The notes: a model not told the origin generated them from the sequence alone. 63,043 nucleotides of DNA, filler included, from Octopus bimaculoides (GCF_001194135.2; 6 parts of 4 records of this genome joined end to end with filler, not necessarily neighbours in it); one strand, 5' to 3'. Positions 10,956-24,260 are shown, counted from the first letter of the whole stretch. Translations and numbers: made by a program.

Positions 10956-13849
10956 TGCTGCTGAATAATCACACACACACACAAACACACACACATACAC
11001 ACACACACGCACGTACACACGCACTCATGTGCGCGCGCAAACACACATAGTTAGCAGTTTCACCGAAAATGAAAGCAATAAATGTCATTAAATATGACTG
11101 AAGGTGTTAAAATAACTACACTACTAGAAATAAGACCCGAAGAGCTCTGTGGTTGCTGTCAACCCACATAAAATTGCATAGACACATGCTCACAGCAGCC
11201 GTAAATGACCGTATATGTATGAAGAACGAAAATGTAATTTGAAACCTACTGAAAATTCTTCAATCTTTGCAGTACGTCTGCTTTATGGAATTTAAGTAAC
11301 ATTTTGATTTTCGATTATTTCTGTTAACAATTAATCGGGATAGTATATCAGGATCCCAAATTATTCATGTCTATTGCATGTAAGCATCTGTGTCTTTGTT
11401 TCTCTCTCTCTCTCTCAATATATATATATATATATTGGTGTATGTGTGTGTGCTTGTGTGTGAGTGTGTGTATATGTGTGTATGTGTAGTATGCATATAG
11501 CTGTGGATTTATGAATATATATTTATTTGTTTATTGATGACTGCGTGAATCTCTGGAGCAATTGTGTTTGTGTGTTTGTTTGCACTCGTGTAATTCACAG
11601 CTGTAAATACCTAGTCATAAATAAAAGGATTCAATATCATATTATATATAAATGGTAATGTACTTCTGTTCCCACTTAGAAGCAGAAATAAAATATTTTA
11701 CGTTCAAATTCTATAATTTGTATCGCTGTACAAGACTTTCTTTGATATGGAAAAAGATTTTGCTCGAGAAATAAACGACTGAAATAGAAAGGGAAATATA
11801 GACATGGATTAGAAGTAACTAGATATGACAGTAATATGTCATCTTATAGAACAAGATGAGTATGTATTCAACGGATTGTAGAAGTGCATTATAGTATAGT
11901 GCAAACTGAAAGGGCTTATGTAAGTATACTAAGGTCAACTTCGATCTGTTTCCCTAGTGATAGGTCTGAAAGTAACGTTAATACATTGATTTTCAGAGAC
12001 GACTACCTGGAACCAATATACAATTGAACTTCAAACACTTAGTAAGTAATGAACTTATCCATGTTGCGAGCTTTTATGATGATCCATCAACTATGAAGTA
12101 TACCCTTGTCGAAAACTATTATCCAAATTGCATTTTTTACGATTATTGTCAAAGCCAAAGAGTATGAATACGCAGAGCGAAACACATTCAGGCAATGTGC
12201 GACGATCCTTATATTTACATGTTCACAGCTTCAGCTTCTAACCAATGACTCACTCACTCACACACAAGACACATACACAAGACACACAAACACACACATA
12301 CACACAAGCACAAGCACAGAAACGACTGAAATAATAGCTTACACTAAACTCCAAGCATAGTAATATAGTTTTTATGGCTGCTTTTTCTCTGCAACCAAAT
12401 TTTGCTTACAATCAACTTCTACTCCCGAAACGCCCTGTAAATATATATGTGCAAGGAAATACATACAGAGATTCACAAATATATGTACATTGTACATACA
12501 CCCAAATGCAAAAAAATGCCCTATACATACATAACCCTCATATACATTTACAAACGAACCCACAATACAGTAAATCTAAAATAACCACATAAACCCACAC
12601 GCACATTTAAACACATTACGCACACCGGCACCGGAACAGAGCATAAAGCAAAATACTTCCATTAGGCAAAAGCAATAATACCATACCGGCATGAACTTTG
12701 CACATTCGTTTGCTGAAATATAAACATAGATTATAATGTGAGATGTTACATATAATCAACTACTCAGCATATTCTGAACATGTACGAATGGACACAATAA
12801 TGCCATTATAACACGAGGTTTGTGAAATAGAGTGGCCCTCTCTTTGGCGTTGTCCTGCTAGTAAACCTAACTAATGGCTCAACCTTATATAACAATTAAA
12901 GCTTCATGTTCTAGTCTCTGTACTGATCGCATTCCATAAAAAATAATAACTCCTTGAAATTTTGGCACGAGAGAGAATATTTAGTACCTGTAGGTAAGAA
13001 GATTATATTGACCTCTTTACTTTGCTGGTACTGCATTTTGTCAACCATGAAAGGAGGGATGGTTATGTCTTCAACGATATTTAAGCTCAGAATACAAAGC
13101 AGAAAGAAATGCCACTTTGACCGTTATACTAACGATTCTTCCAACTGCACATTTATGTATATCTACACACATACACATATATGTATGCACATAGCGAAAC
13201 GGTGACTCTCACACACACACATACACACATATGTATATATATATNNNNNNNNNNNNNNNNNNNNNNNNNNNNNNNNNNNNNNNNNNNNNNNNNNNNNNNN
13301 NNNNNNNNNNNNNNNNNNNNNNNNNNNNNNNNNNNNNNNNNNNNNNNNNNNNNNNNNNNNNNNNNNNNNNNNNNNNNNNNNNNNNNNNNNNNNNNNNNNN
13401 NNNNNNNNNNNNNNNNNNNNNNNNNNNNNNNNNNNNNNNNNNNNNNNNNNNNNNNNNNNNNNNNNNNNNNNNNNNNNNNNNNNNNNNNNNNNNNNNNNNN
13501 NNNNNNNNNNNNNNNNNNNNNNNNNNNNNNNNNNNNNNNNNNNNNNNNNNNNNNNNNNNNNNNNNNNNNNNNNNNNNNNNNNNNNNNNNNNNNNNNNNNN
13601 NNNNNNNNNNNNNNNNNNNNNNNNNNNNNNNNNNNNNNNNNNNNNNNNNNNNNNNNNNNNNNNNNNNNNNNNNNNNNNNNNNNNNNNNNNNNNNNNNNNN
13701 NNNNNNNNNNNNNNNNNNNNNNNNNNNNNNNNNNNNNNNNNNNNNNNNNNNNNNNNNNNNNNNNNNNNNNNNNNNNNNNNNNNNNNNNNNNNNNNNNNNN
13801 NNNNNNNNNNNNNNNNNNNNNNNNNNNNNNNTATATATATATAAACAAA

Positions 13850-14040
13850 TGATAAATGAGTATATGCATATATACGTATAGGTATGTGCATACCTACGTT
13901 TACCTGTATATATAGGTGCATATCTGGGTACAGGACATTGCAAACAAACTGTAGACAAGAAAATAATAATAACCAGAGTACAGAAAACACACAAGCCACA
14001 TAGAGAACAAAAGACAACAAAAGAAAAAGTGACCTCGATA
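13850..14040 (+). repeat. Dispersed repeat related to 8870-9087
   Basis: Alignment by eye. Confidence 0.55.
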
Positions 14041-14090
14041 TTATGTAAATAGAGGAATTTATCTGTAAAAATATGTTACAATTATTTTGT

Positions 14091-14183
14091 AGCCATGATG
14101 AAACTCTGAGTTTCGGATGCCGGGGCGGGGAAACTCACGCCACCATCTCTTTAGTTGTCAGGCCATTGAAAATTACTATGGAA
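14091..14183 (-). repeat. Hammerhead-bearing repeat, inactivated paralog of 45890-45985
   Basis: Reverse complement aligns closely to 45891-45980; core reads CTAAAGA (G5 to A). Confidence 0.8.
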
Positions 14184-15044
14184 ATGACTTCCAATAACAT
14201 TCAGACCATTTTGCCAACTTCTTCTTGTACTATCAATGTCAGTTTAAAAGAAACTATTGGAATCTGTTGCGTGCCCGTCATTACACAATACACATGTATG
14301 TACATACATTAAAGAAAAAAAATAAAGGTAGCCTATCAGAACACAGAAGCGTAATGGTTACACCAAAGATTCATCTTTGAATATCCATACAACGTTTTAC
14401 ACACCCCTACCAACACATTACGAACCAGCAAATCATTTTAAATCCAAGTGATGGAGTGCTTTTCTTCTTGTTGAAGCATTAGCACACAATTTATATATAC
14501 ATACATGTGTGTGTATGTGTGTACGTGTATACGTGTGCGTGCGTTTGAGTGAGTGTGTGTGTGTATATATATACATATATACAATGTAGAGATGATCGAA
14601 ATTGGTCAGAGTTAGACTGATTACATCAGTAAAAGTAAAGATATATTGCTTCATATTCAATATTAAATTTATAGACAGCAAATTAAAGAAGTGTCCAACC
14701 TTATTGTTAATAAGAACCACGAAATAAGAAGAGTAAATAACATTTTTGAATCAAAAAGAAATAACATAAAATTGCGTATAAGATGTAAGCAACAATATAA
14801 ATTAATTTTTAGCCAAAGTAAGTACATAGAGAAGTAAGTCAGATTTAAACAGCCAGAAATCTAAAGATTCCACAGTGACCATAGATGAGTAAAGACAAGT
14901 TTAATATACAGCAACAGTAAACTTACACTATAAATATGAAAATACACACTCGTATACGTACATACTTTTATGTACATTATATATAAACGAATAGGCATTC
15001 GTAACACACTGACCAATATATATATATATATATATATATATAAT

Positions 15045-15575
15045 TGTCATTAAATATAGCACAGTGGGTATGTATGCAATCACTCGAAAATTTCTGCGAT
15101 TCACATCAACGTCCATTATAATCACCTCGTGCACAAACACGAGCACTTTTCCTACACCTTGGTTCTGGATGAATGATGGAAGCTTTGGGCGTCTCTCGGC
15201 TCTGATTGCTTTGGTTTTGGCTGTTAGGGGCTGATAGTATCATCGATCCATAGCTAGTCATGCCAAGCATCCTCTTCACAGCTCTGGACACTATGGAAAG
15301 GGTCACATGCGTCTGTTTGTAAGAGCTGTCATAGAATGCTTCAATCAAGCGTTGAGGCCAGGGAGAAATTCTGGATTGCACTTGGAATCACTTCGAGACT
15401 TGCGTTCTTTTTTATCAACCTTCTTCTATTCTTCAAACTGTTAATACACACGATAAACTGTTGCTTTCGGAAGTTTCATCAATTTTACAATTTTGTTGGC
15501 AGAGTTCCTGGTGCGTGCCAAAACAACAATGTTGTTGCATGACTTTGTGTTGTCGAATCAGTTGACTATTTACCT
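15045..15575 (-). mobile_element. Tc1/mariner transposase remnant
   Basis: HTH-like NKIVKLMKLPKATVYRVY*QFEE*KKVDKKERKSRSD and first-D region KAIRAERRPKL...KVLVFVHEV...VNRRNFRVIAY; stops and frameshifts. Confidence 0.8.
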
Positions 15576-16009
15576 GAAAAAATAAAGAGGAAGATTAGAT
15601 GTTAAAGCAAACAAGATTTTGTCTGCAAGATTCTCTATGTACACACACACACACACACACAGACACACACACACACACACACACATACACACACACACAC
15701 ACACACATGCACGCACGCACGCACATCTTTAACTTTCGCCTAATTCAATCATTAGACTGCAACTATGCTGGGGCACCTGCTTGAATTTTTCTGTGCCCAA
15801 TTGAAGAACCCCAGCAATTATGTTTTAATGTTGGTATTTATTCTATCGGTTTATTTTATCGAACCACTATGTTACGGGATCGTAANNNNNNNNNNNNNNN
15901 NNNNNNNNNNNNNNNNNNNNNNNNNNNNNNNNNNNNNNNNNNNNNNNNNNNNNNNNNNNNNNNNNNNNNNNNNATATATATATATATATATATACATGTA
16001 TATACGAGG

Positions 16010-16392
16010 GGATTCTTTCTGTTTCTTGTTGTACTCTTTCACTACAACTTTCTCTCACTCATTCTTCCTGTTTCTGTTGTACCTGTATCTCAAAGAGCCA
16101 GCCTTGTCACACTGTCTGTCACGCTGAATCTACCCGAGAACTACGTCAAGGGTACACGTGACTGTGGAGTACTTAGCCACTTGCACGTTAATACATGAGC
16201 TGCGACGTCACTCGTGCCAGGCTGTATCGGCCTTTGCTTTTCCCTTAGATAACATCGGTGGCGTGGAGAGGGGAAGCTTGTATGTATGGGCAACTGCTTG
16301 TCTTTCAACAACAACCTTGCCCGGACTTGTGCCTTGGAGGGTAACTTTCTAGGTGCAATCCCATGGTCATACATGACCTAAGCGGGGTCACA
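16010..16392 (+). mobile_element. SINE family C body and tail (composite)
   Basis: Matches 54240-54330 and 58490-58670. Confidence 0.8.
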
Positions 16393-16432
16393 ACAAAACA
16401 ATATATATATATATATATATATTTACAAATTA

Positions 16433-17215
16433 TCATTTACTGATTGATAAGGCAATGCTTAGGGACGAACGAAGAAGGTCGACAAACCTATCGAGGCTTG
16501 AGATTGAATATTGGAAAGCATATCTTATGCTTGACCATTCGTTGTTTCTGATGCACCTAGAGATGATCTGGGGAACGAAAAATTTGACTGATCTTTTCAG
16601 ACATCGAATAAGAAACTGGAAGCCATATTTAACTACATGTGAAAAGGAATTGTTCAAGTAGACACGGTTTCTTCCTAAATGTTTATTGTTTGTATCTTAT
16701 AGCTCTCCATGGTTCTGAGAAAGGTGGGAGCTGGTTATAAATTACGGAAAGGCACGTGTTCAATCAATCATCTTATGTTTATGGATCATTTAAAGCTTTA
16801 CAGAGCTAGCATTCTTCAGATCGACTCCTTTATTCAGTCTCTACATTTTTTTCTTAAGACATCTACATGGTATTTGGTATATAGAAATTGAACAAAATGA
16901 ACTAAAGAGGAGACGAAAAGTAGGCACAAATGGAGTAAAACTTCCAGATGATAGACAGACAGTGTTAAAAGTATCTTTGTGTTTTATATCTAGACCAAAT
17001 GTTGAACACCAAGATGAAGGAGTAAATTTCTTCTGAATATACTAGAAGAGTTAAAACGTTACAAAGCTCTAAACGAATTGGAGGGAACATCATTAGCGTC
17101 AACAATGCCCAGGCTGTAGGTATTGTGGACTGGACAAAGGAAGAACTTGCCGATGCGGATAGAAAAAGCAGAAATGTAATGGCTATGCATAGTTGACACC
17201 ATACTGGAAGTAACC
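16433..17215 (+). mobile_element. R4/Dong-clade non-LTR retrotransposon RT remnant
   Basis: LLIDKAMLRDERRRSTNLSRLEIEYWKAYLMLDHS; RKGTCSINHLMFMDHLKLY (decayed YMDD); GIVDWTKEELADADRKSR. Confidence 0.85.
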
Positions 17216-17718
17216 CATGTATATCTAGATAGACTGGTGTGTATGCGAGCCTATATAAGTATATGTATGTGTAAATACACACTCACACACAAGGTCATAT
17301 AGCTAAACATACGTTAAATAGGGCAATATTTGAAATATAAACAAGAATGCATGCAAAGAACAATATTAAAAAAACCTACATCCATCTCTCACTCTCTCTG
17401 TCTCTATTTCTCTCTCTCTCATTCTCACACTCTCTTTCTATCTCCTTTTATCTACCCTCTCTCTCTCTCTTTATATGTATATATTCAAATATTATTTTAA
17501 TAATAATTTTACCAGGTAGCCAGTGCAGAAAATAAAAGCCTTATAGGTGAATTTTACAAAATATTTTATAGTTTTATATACATACGTATAACATATCTTT
17601 CTAAAAAAAGAAGATATGAATTATACTCGGCAGTATATTTTTACGAGTGTGGATAGATTTCGGACATACGATGGCGCTGATCGCGTGCATATTTTGAAAT
17701 ATTCGTGAACTACGAAAT

Positions 17719-17783
17719 ACTATGCTGAAGAGTAACTGTAAGTAAAATTATTTTTTAATTTATATTCGAAACACGTCCATAGT
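17719..17783 (+). ncRNA. Minimal type I hammerhead ribozyme motif
   Basis: actatg-CTGAAGA-G...C-GAAAC-ac-GTC-catagt; 6-bp helix I, intact core, AT-rich helix II with a mismatch near its base. Confidence 0.75.
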
Positions 17784-18124
17784 TAATCAGCCTTATTGAT
17801 TCATTGTTTTTTTTTCTTTGCTTGCCTAGAATAAAGAGNNNNNNNNNNNNNNNNNNNNNNNNNNNNNNNNNNNNNNNNNNNNNNNNNNNNNNNNNNNNNN
17901 NNNNNNNNNNNNNNNNNNNNNNNNNNNNNNNNNNNNNNNNNNNNNNNNNNNNNNNNNNNNNNNNNNNNNNNNNNNNNNNNNNNNNNNNNNNNNNNNNNNN
18001 NNNNNNNNNNNNNNNNNNNNNNNNNNNNNNTATATATATATATATATATATTATTTTGTATTATATATATATAATACAAAATGGGACAAGAACGCAAAAC
18101 ATCCAGACAGTTAGGTGATACAAG

Positions 18125-18225
18125 AAAGAGACGGCGCTGTAATCCTCAAGTGGACAGATGAGGAGCTAAAGTAGATGGACAGGAAGTCAAATACGCTCCC
18201 AACGATACATGGAGTTTCTACCTTT
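18125..18225 (+). mobile_element. R4/Dong RT fragment
   Basis: ILKWTDEELK*MDRKSNTL..IHG, same segment as 17130-17200. Confidence 0.65.
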
Positions 18226-18646
18226 ACAAACAGGGTGTTTACGTCCTTATTACTTGTGTGATGTTTTGCTGTCCTGGTAACTGTTTATCTAGTTTTCCGT
18301 GTTAATTGTAAACAAGGGGAAAATACACTCATTCATATACATATGTATATATATATTATTCAAAAATATGGCAAATTAATCATATATTAATTAATATCGA
18401 TTAATTACCAGGAAGCTAGCACATTTGAAGAATCAAAGAGATTCAGACACAGTATCTGCAATCCCAGGGAATTAAAGTACATTTTTATATATGATGTTGA
18501 CCACTAACGTGGATATTCAATGTGCTAGAAATAGATCACATCTTGTGTCTAATAAGACCTAAATTGTTCTCAACATGAAATATAGCGTGATACCAAAACG
18601 TAAGCGGGCAAGACATTTAAAAAACCCGAAAAGGAACATTATTAAA

Positions 18647-18703
18647 CAGGGACCGGTTTCGAATTTTAACAATCTTACCGACTGTCTATTTCTCTTCAGC
18701 CTG
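18647..18703 (-). ncRNA. Minimal type I hammerhead ribozyme motif (best-preserved copy)
   Basis: cagg-CTGAAGA-GAA..ACAGTC ggtaa GATTGT..TTC-GAAAC-cg-GTC-cctg; palindromic helix III ACCGGT; predicted cleavage after GUC (18651/18650). Confidence 0.85.
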
Positions 18704-18772
18704 ATTTGTAATGGAACCATAATCATCAGAACCCCATACAAAGTTGCCCACCGCCATAGGTGCGCGTGTATA

Positions 18773-18872
18773 NNNNNNNNNNNNNNNNNNNNNNNNNNNN
18801 NNNNNNNNNNNNNNNNTTAATTAATTAANNNNNNNNNNNNNNNNNNNNNNNNNNNNNNNNNNNNNNNNNNNN
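18773..18872. other. Artificial scaffold spacer 44N-TTAATTAATTAA-44N
   Basis: Same 100-bp construct. Confidence 0.95.
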
Positions 18873-18975
18873 AGAGACTGTTCCGTGTACCACACGACCA
18901 GCAACATTAACAAGCGCGGTTTTATTTTGACTCTGTTAGAGTGGATGTTTTCCACTCACGATCAACAGACCATCC

Positions 18976-19199
18976 AGAATGTTCAGTACCAGGTAACAGG
19001 TCCCAACTAGCATCCGACGCTCAACTACAGCTCTGCTCACTGACCACAACTTCCTGCGTATTAACATTCTGAATCTCCTTGTATAACTTTTATAGAATAT
19101 TCAGTACCAGGTAACAGGTCCCAACTAGCATCCAACGCTCAACTACAGCTCTGCTCACTGACCACAACTTCCTGCGTATTAACATTCTATCTCCTTGTG
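18976..19199. repeat. 118-bp tandem duplication (2 copies, few substitutions)
   Basis: agaat(g/a)ttcagtaccaggtaacagg...attaacattct repeated at 18976 and 19094. Confidence 0.95.
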
Positions 19200-19529
19200 G
19201 AATATTTATACGAACTGGTTTTCTCCATCTCAGTGTTTTAAGACTTTTCACAGTCTGTTACAGACACTTTTACTATGTTCTGTGTTCTTTTTCTCACACA
19301 CACACTCATTCATTTGTTTTTCACTAGATGGCATTTACTGCCCATTTTACTTGCATGTTTTCTTTAATCAATTCATTTGTACATTGCATGCATGTATCTC
19401 ACAAGTGTACATTCATTTCTTTGATTTTCTTTGTGTGTGTTTGTGCCACATCTTGTGGTTTGTTTCAGTGGCCATCTTGCCTCAGACATCCCTCCAAAAT
19501 TTCTATTTTCGTGCTTCCACACTCAAGGG

Positions 19530-19660
19530 GGAGCCATTGTAGTGACGTCATTTGGCGCCAAAATACAGTCGCCATTACTGCGTTTTCATCCACGCATGCG
19601 CAGGGAATAGTTCCGGAAGGAACACAGGAAGAGTCTCATGCGCATGCGTGGAATTCAACA
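19530..19660 (+). promoter_or_regulatory. CpG-rich TATA-less housekeeping or cell-cycle-type promoter
   Basis: TGACGTCA (CRE, 19543-50), palindromic TTTGGCGCCAAA (E2F, 19551-62), ACGCATGCGCA and TGCGCATGCGT (NRF1-type, 19592 and 19639), CCGGAAG and CAGGAAG (ETS, 19613 and 19625) within about 110 bp. Confidence 0.75.
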
Positions 19661-19706
19661 TCTAAACGTTCCCGCTCAATTCATTCTCTTTCTCGGTCGG
19701 CCGGCC

Positions 19707-19797
19707 ATGAGCATGGACGGGTCAAGCTGTCTCTCCAGCACTCCAACTCAGGGGACAGTTCATTCCAACGTCTCAGCAACCAACCCTATTTTCCTCG
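19707..19797 (+). CDS. Probable first coding exon MSMDGSSCLSSTPTQGTVHSNVSATNPIFL (phase 1), product unknown
   Basis: gccATG context just downstream of the motif cluster; open frame to G|GTAAAT donor. Confidence 0.55.
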
Positions 19798-20629
19798 GTA
19801 AATAAATATTGTTGTGTTGNNNNNNNNNNNNNNNNNNNNNNNNNNNNNNNNNNNNNNNNNNNNNNNNNNNNNNNNNNNNNNNNNNNNNNNNNNNNNNNNN
19901 NNNNNNNNNNNNNNNNNNNNNNNNNNNNNNNNNNNNNNNNNNNNNNNNNNNNNNNNNNNNNNNNNNNNNNNNNNNNNNNNNNNNNNNNNNNNNNNNNNNN
20001 NNNNNNNNNNNNNNNNNNNNNNNNNNNNNNNNNNNNNNNATATATATATATATATATATACATTGGAAGAGATAAACTTCGTAGTTTATGACAATATAAC
20101 TGCTATGTATAGCTCTGTGACTGCAAGTCACAACTGGAGAAATATCGTGATAAATTCATGATGGCAAATCTGTACCATCAGTCTGCTCGGCTGGAAAATG
20201 GAAACATGAGTTTGGAGTTGTTAAAACGACTGTTCAGCATTCTGTATCTACAAACAGCTGGTAAATGAGAATGTAGTTGTCACGGCAACTGCCTCAACGT
20301 TCAGAAATTAGTGCCAAAAATTCGCTTATTTATAAGCCTCATTAGAAGGTTCTAGAAGGTCGAACCATGTGATGGCTCGATGCTGATCGGTCAGTTAATC
20401 GGCTGCTCACGTGAAATCACTATGACTAAGCAGCAACGCTTACTCGGCTATGCAACGATTCGGTTTTAAATCTGCTACAAAGGTGACAAGTTGTGCAGTG
20501 TATGATGTTCATGTCTTTTGAAACGTCAGTCCCACTATAGAATATTATTCTTACATCTGGGACACTGTTGCTGCACATACAGATTTCCTAACTGTATTCA
20601 ATAAAGAGCCACCCAAATGATTTGCTTAA

Positions 20630-21130
20630 AGTTACTCTTAGATACACTCCAGCCTCTGACTCACAAACGCGCTGTTTCCTTACTCATCTTTTTATCGCTA
20701 CTGTAATGGTTTCTTCTCCTCGGAGCTGGTTAGGTTCATGCCACCCAGGGCCGTCTCAGCAACATTATAGACACTCATGATAGCAAACCGCAGCATACAT
20801 AGATCAGAATTGAGCCTCTAGACTTGTGAAACCCCTGGACTTATCTCCGTGTGCCCATGCTTTAAGACGGCACTGAGATCACCATCACTCAAACATTTCA
20901 GTCCTAGTCGACTCTCCCCTTCTCACCCCTGTCGTGTCCCCTTCACTCCAGGTCCACTCTAATTACCCTTATTCGCCAAAATATCAACCGACTGGAATAC
21001 TCTTCTTGATCATATTTTTGTCGCAGGTGTTCACTAACGAAGTTCGAAAGGAACGTTAATGGTATCAATCTTACCTCCCGAAATCGGCCTGCTAAAGCTA
21101 TGGGCAATACCTCTTCCTCTAGGTGCAGCA
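20630..21130 (+). mobile_element. CR1/L2-type LINE 3' end remnant
   Basis: LQPLTHKRAVSLLIFYRYCNGFFSSEL resembles the CR1/L2 ORF2 C-terminus; ends in aaataaaaataaaa. Confidence 0.7.
20746..20875. mobile_element. 130-bp MITE-like insertion within the LINE remnant
   Basis: Imperfect 13-bp TIR cagggccgtctca / taagacggcactg; no clean TSD. Confidence 0.5.
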
Positions 21131-22589
21131 AATAAAAATAAAATAATTTGATATAAAACGCATGGCTGGAAAGTCTTCGATTGAGATTGACATAACAAGG
21201 GTGGGAGGGAGATAAGGTACATGAGATTGATAAAAAAACAAGGAATGACAAGTCAACAAGGCATTCAGCCTAGCTTATTTTCAGTAAGGAAATACATTGG
21301 ATAATGTAGTATGAGATAATACGCAAAAGACTGATGGCTGGAATGCATTTAATAATTGGCCTAATGAGATTATGAAGGGAGATAAGTTTTAAGACCGGAA
21401 ATATTATTTTTGAATGTGTTCTCTCCCTGCATAACTTGACGATGTAAATAAATCACATCAAAATTAAATCTATGCTTGGCTAATCGCTAAATTTTACTGT
21501 CGCAGTTTTTTTGTTGACATTACAAATGATTGTAAGTTATATATAATTTCTAATATCCTATATGTAACCACTTATTGTTTCATTAACTATTTAAAACTCT
21601 AACTTAAATCTTGATCAGTCCTATATTTTGTTTATAAAATGATTGTTTTATTTTATTGATTCTACCGTTTTGTCACATGCATATTTGTCATAACGCTTTG
21701 GATCGCCTGCCAACGTGGTCATCGTTATCTTTTGTAATTTCATTCACATTTTAGATATAGGAATATGACATCGACATCATTGAAAGTAACATCATCATCC
21801 TACGAAGTTTTCTCGGTGTTTTCAATTCGCTTAATGACCAGGTTTATTATTATAAGTGCATAAATATATTTCGTTTACATCTGAAGTGTAAATATGTATG
21901 TTGTTTCAGCATTTCGAATTTTTCAAAAGAAGTAGACATTCCTTTGATCCAGTATTCTACAATAGGGTTCTTTATTTTATCAGTCCCGAGAGGATAAAAG
22001 ATACAGGTGACGCCTGCAAGATTTGAACTCAGAGCGTTTAGGTTTGTAATTAAATAACGGCTGTATTTTGTGCAACGTCCTCACAATTTCTCCCATCTCC
22101 TCGATTTACTAACAATAACAGCCAATATAGTCTTTGATGTAACTGGGACGTCTACTTGATCAGAGTTGACATATTAGATTACATACAAATGATCAATGAA
22201 AATGTTTGGATTAGAATGAAATGGATTGGTATAATCGATAAAGCTTCAGACAAAATACCCGGAGTATTTAATTTAGCTCTCGCCGAAATCAACTTTGCAT
22301 TTCATTTTTCCGAGGCCTTTAAAATATGATACTAAATACTAGAGTGGATTACTGGAATACGTTTTTAACAAGAAGCTCTATAGCTATAAAGGAAAGAAAA
22401 AACAAGGAAAGTCATTTAGGTCAATCACAGTAAACATTACTAGTAATGAAACTCGATTACAATGTACAACGCTTTCTTTCACAACATAAAGTGGGTTCGA
22501 ATCCCACAGAAAGCTTTCGACTTTTTTTTCCACGGACGGCTATTTTTTTAACCTATTATTCTACTCACTTTTATTTATACCATTATCTA

Positions 22590-24260
22590 CTCCAAGGAGT
22601 CTACTGAAGATGGGAACAAGCAATGGCACACAAAGTTTTATAGCCTTAACTTTGGAGAGCAGAACTTCGCAGGATAGAATTCCTGATCCAAATAGTTTAC
22701 TGTCCTACTGAGCACATCCGAACTTAAGCTATATTTCTTTAAGTTTCTAAATTTTTTTAATATAAAATATCTTCCAATTCTCATTGGTAAGAACAAAGCT
22801 TCTTAAATGATGAAGAAAATGTTAAGTGTTGCATGTTGCTTTGATAAAATGGTTAGCATGTTTGTCATGTTCACAGATGTGGGTTTGGATCCCACAGGCA
22901 GCTTTCGACTTTTTTTTCCATCTAAGTGATGAAGATCACTTACCATGTCTAGTGTCTAGCCTCAGGGCTTTTATGAATGACCAAACAATGACACCAGTTA
23001 TGATGGAGAAGAGGATCTTGAAGAACTGTGAGAAGTTCCTGATTGGGGCTTGCATGAGTTTCAAACCAATTGAGTTCAGCCCTCTTGTATCTAAGAAAAG
23101 CAGAGTTAGCAGCAAGTTTGATTTCTATGTTGGTAGCATATATATTCCAGCCATCTCCAAGAAACCAGTGAAGAGCCTGAAGACACAACACCCATGTGGC
23201 TAAGTAAGAATTAGAATCTTGGATATTCACAGTGGAGAAATAAGGCATGAATTTACCAGTATGGTATCCTCCCCCAGATCCTTTGGACATTCTTGATATA
23301 TCCACAGGAGCAGGTTTTGAGAAGAAAATCAGCAGGTTCCTGTGGAAATGGCTGCAACTTCCTCAGAGTTGAATCAGTATCACCCTGTGTAGACATAATA
23401 AGTTGAAGATGCTATCTTATCATCAACTTGAAAGAAGAATTTATGGTTAACTGTGCTGGGGAAGTACTGCAATACTGAGACTTCAGGCTGGTATTGAGTT
23501 CAAGGTAGGATGGGAATGGAGAACAGTTGGGGTTGTACTTTGTGGAAAGGCAGCACAACACTTCACTATCACAAAGTGCAAGGAAATGACAGGAATTTAC
23601 TGATCCAGAATGAGGTGCAAGAGTTAGATGAGAAGAAGCAAGCCAGCAAGTGTTAAGATGTAGTATCAAGGAGCCTGCTTAAGATGGGAACAAGCAATGG
23701 CATATAATGTCTCATGGCCCTAACTTTGGAAAGCAGAGCTTCATTGGATAAAATTCCTGATCCAGGCAGTTTAGTGTCCTACTGAGTACATCCAAACTTG
23801 TTCTGGTGGAGAAATGGGGAATCATTAGTTTGCCAGTTATGCTTCAGGAGAGGGACTCTGGAGATCATCCTCAGTAGCTATCTAGAAGTCATGGGCAAGG
23901 GGTGTCACTGCTGGAGGCAAGACCAGTTCATGAAGGTTGAAGCACACACCATCCACAGTGGGGTTAACCATTGCATGCATTCTGTCCTATGACAAGGTTG
24001 ATGTGAAGATAATGCCAGCTACCAGATCCACCTTCCTGGGCCTACTATCAATGGTGCAAAACTGAAAGTTGACTTGTAGGAGTGATTGAGATTCCCAAAA
24101 ACTGTTGCCTCAAAATTGCTAAGGCTGGATATTGCACTGATTTTGGAAGCATCGAAACAGGTGATTCTGTTAGAACTCTCCATTTTTTGGAGGATCATAC
24201 TGAGAATACAATTGACAGGAAGAGAATATAATATGCTAAGCTGGTGGTGTTACATTAAAG
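22590..24260 (-). mobile_element. Decayed CR1/L2-type LINE RT region, with a ~135-bp segment present twice (22592-22725 and 23666-23799)
   Basis: KLPGSGILSNEALL (KxPGxDGI motif); SVVLPFHK; WNIYATNIEIKLAANSAFLRYKR (post-RT motif); duplicate seen directly. Confidence 0.55.

Noticed and set aside
22480-22535. GGTTCGAATCC B-box as a tRNA gene
   Set aside because: No cloverleaf; a second decayed copy at about 22870 shows it is a SINE-head relic
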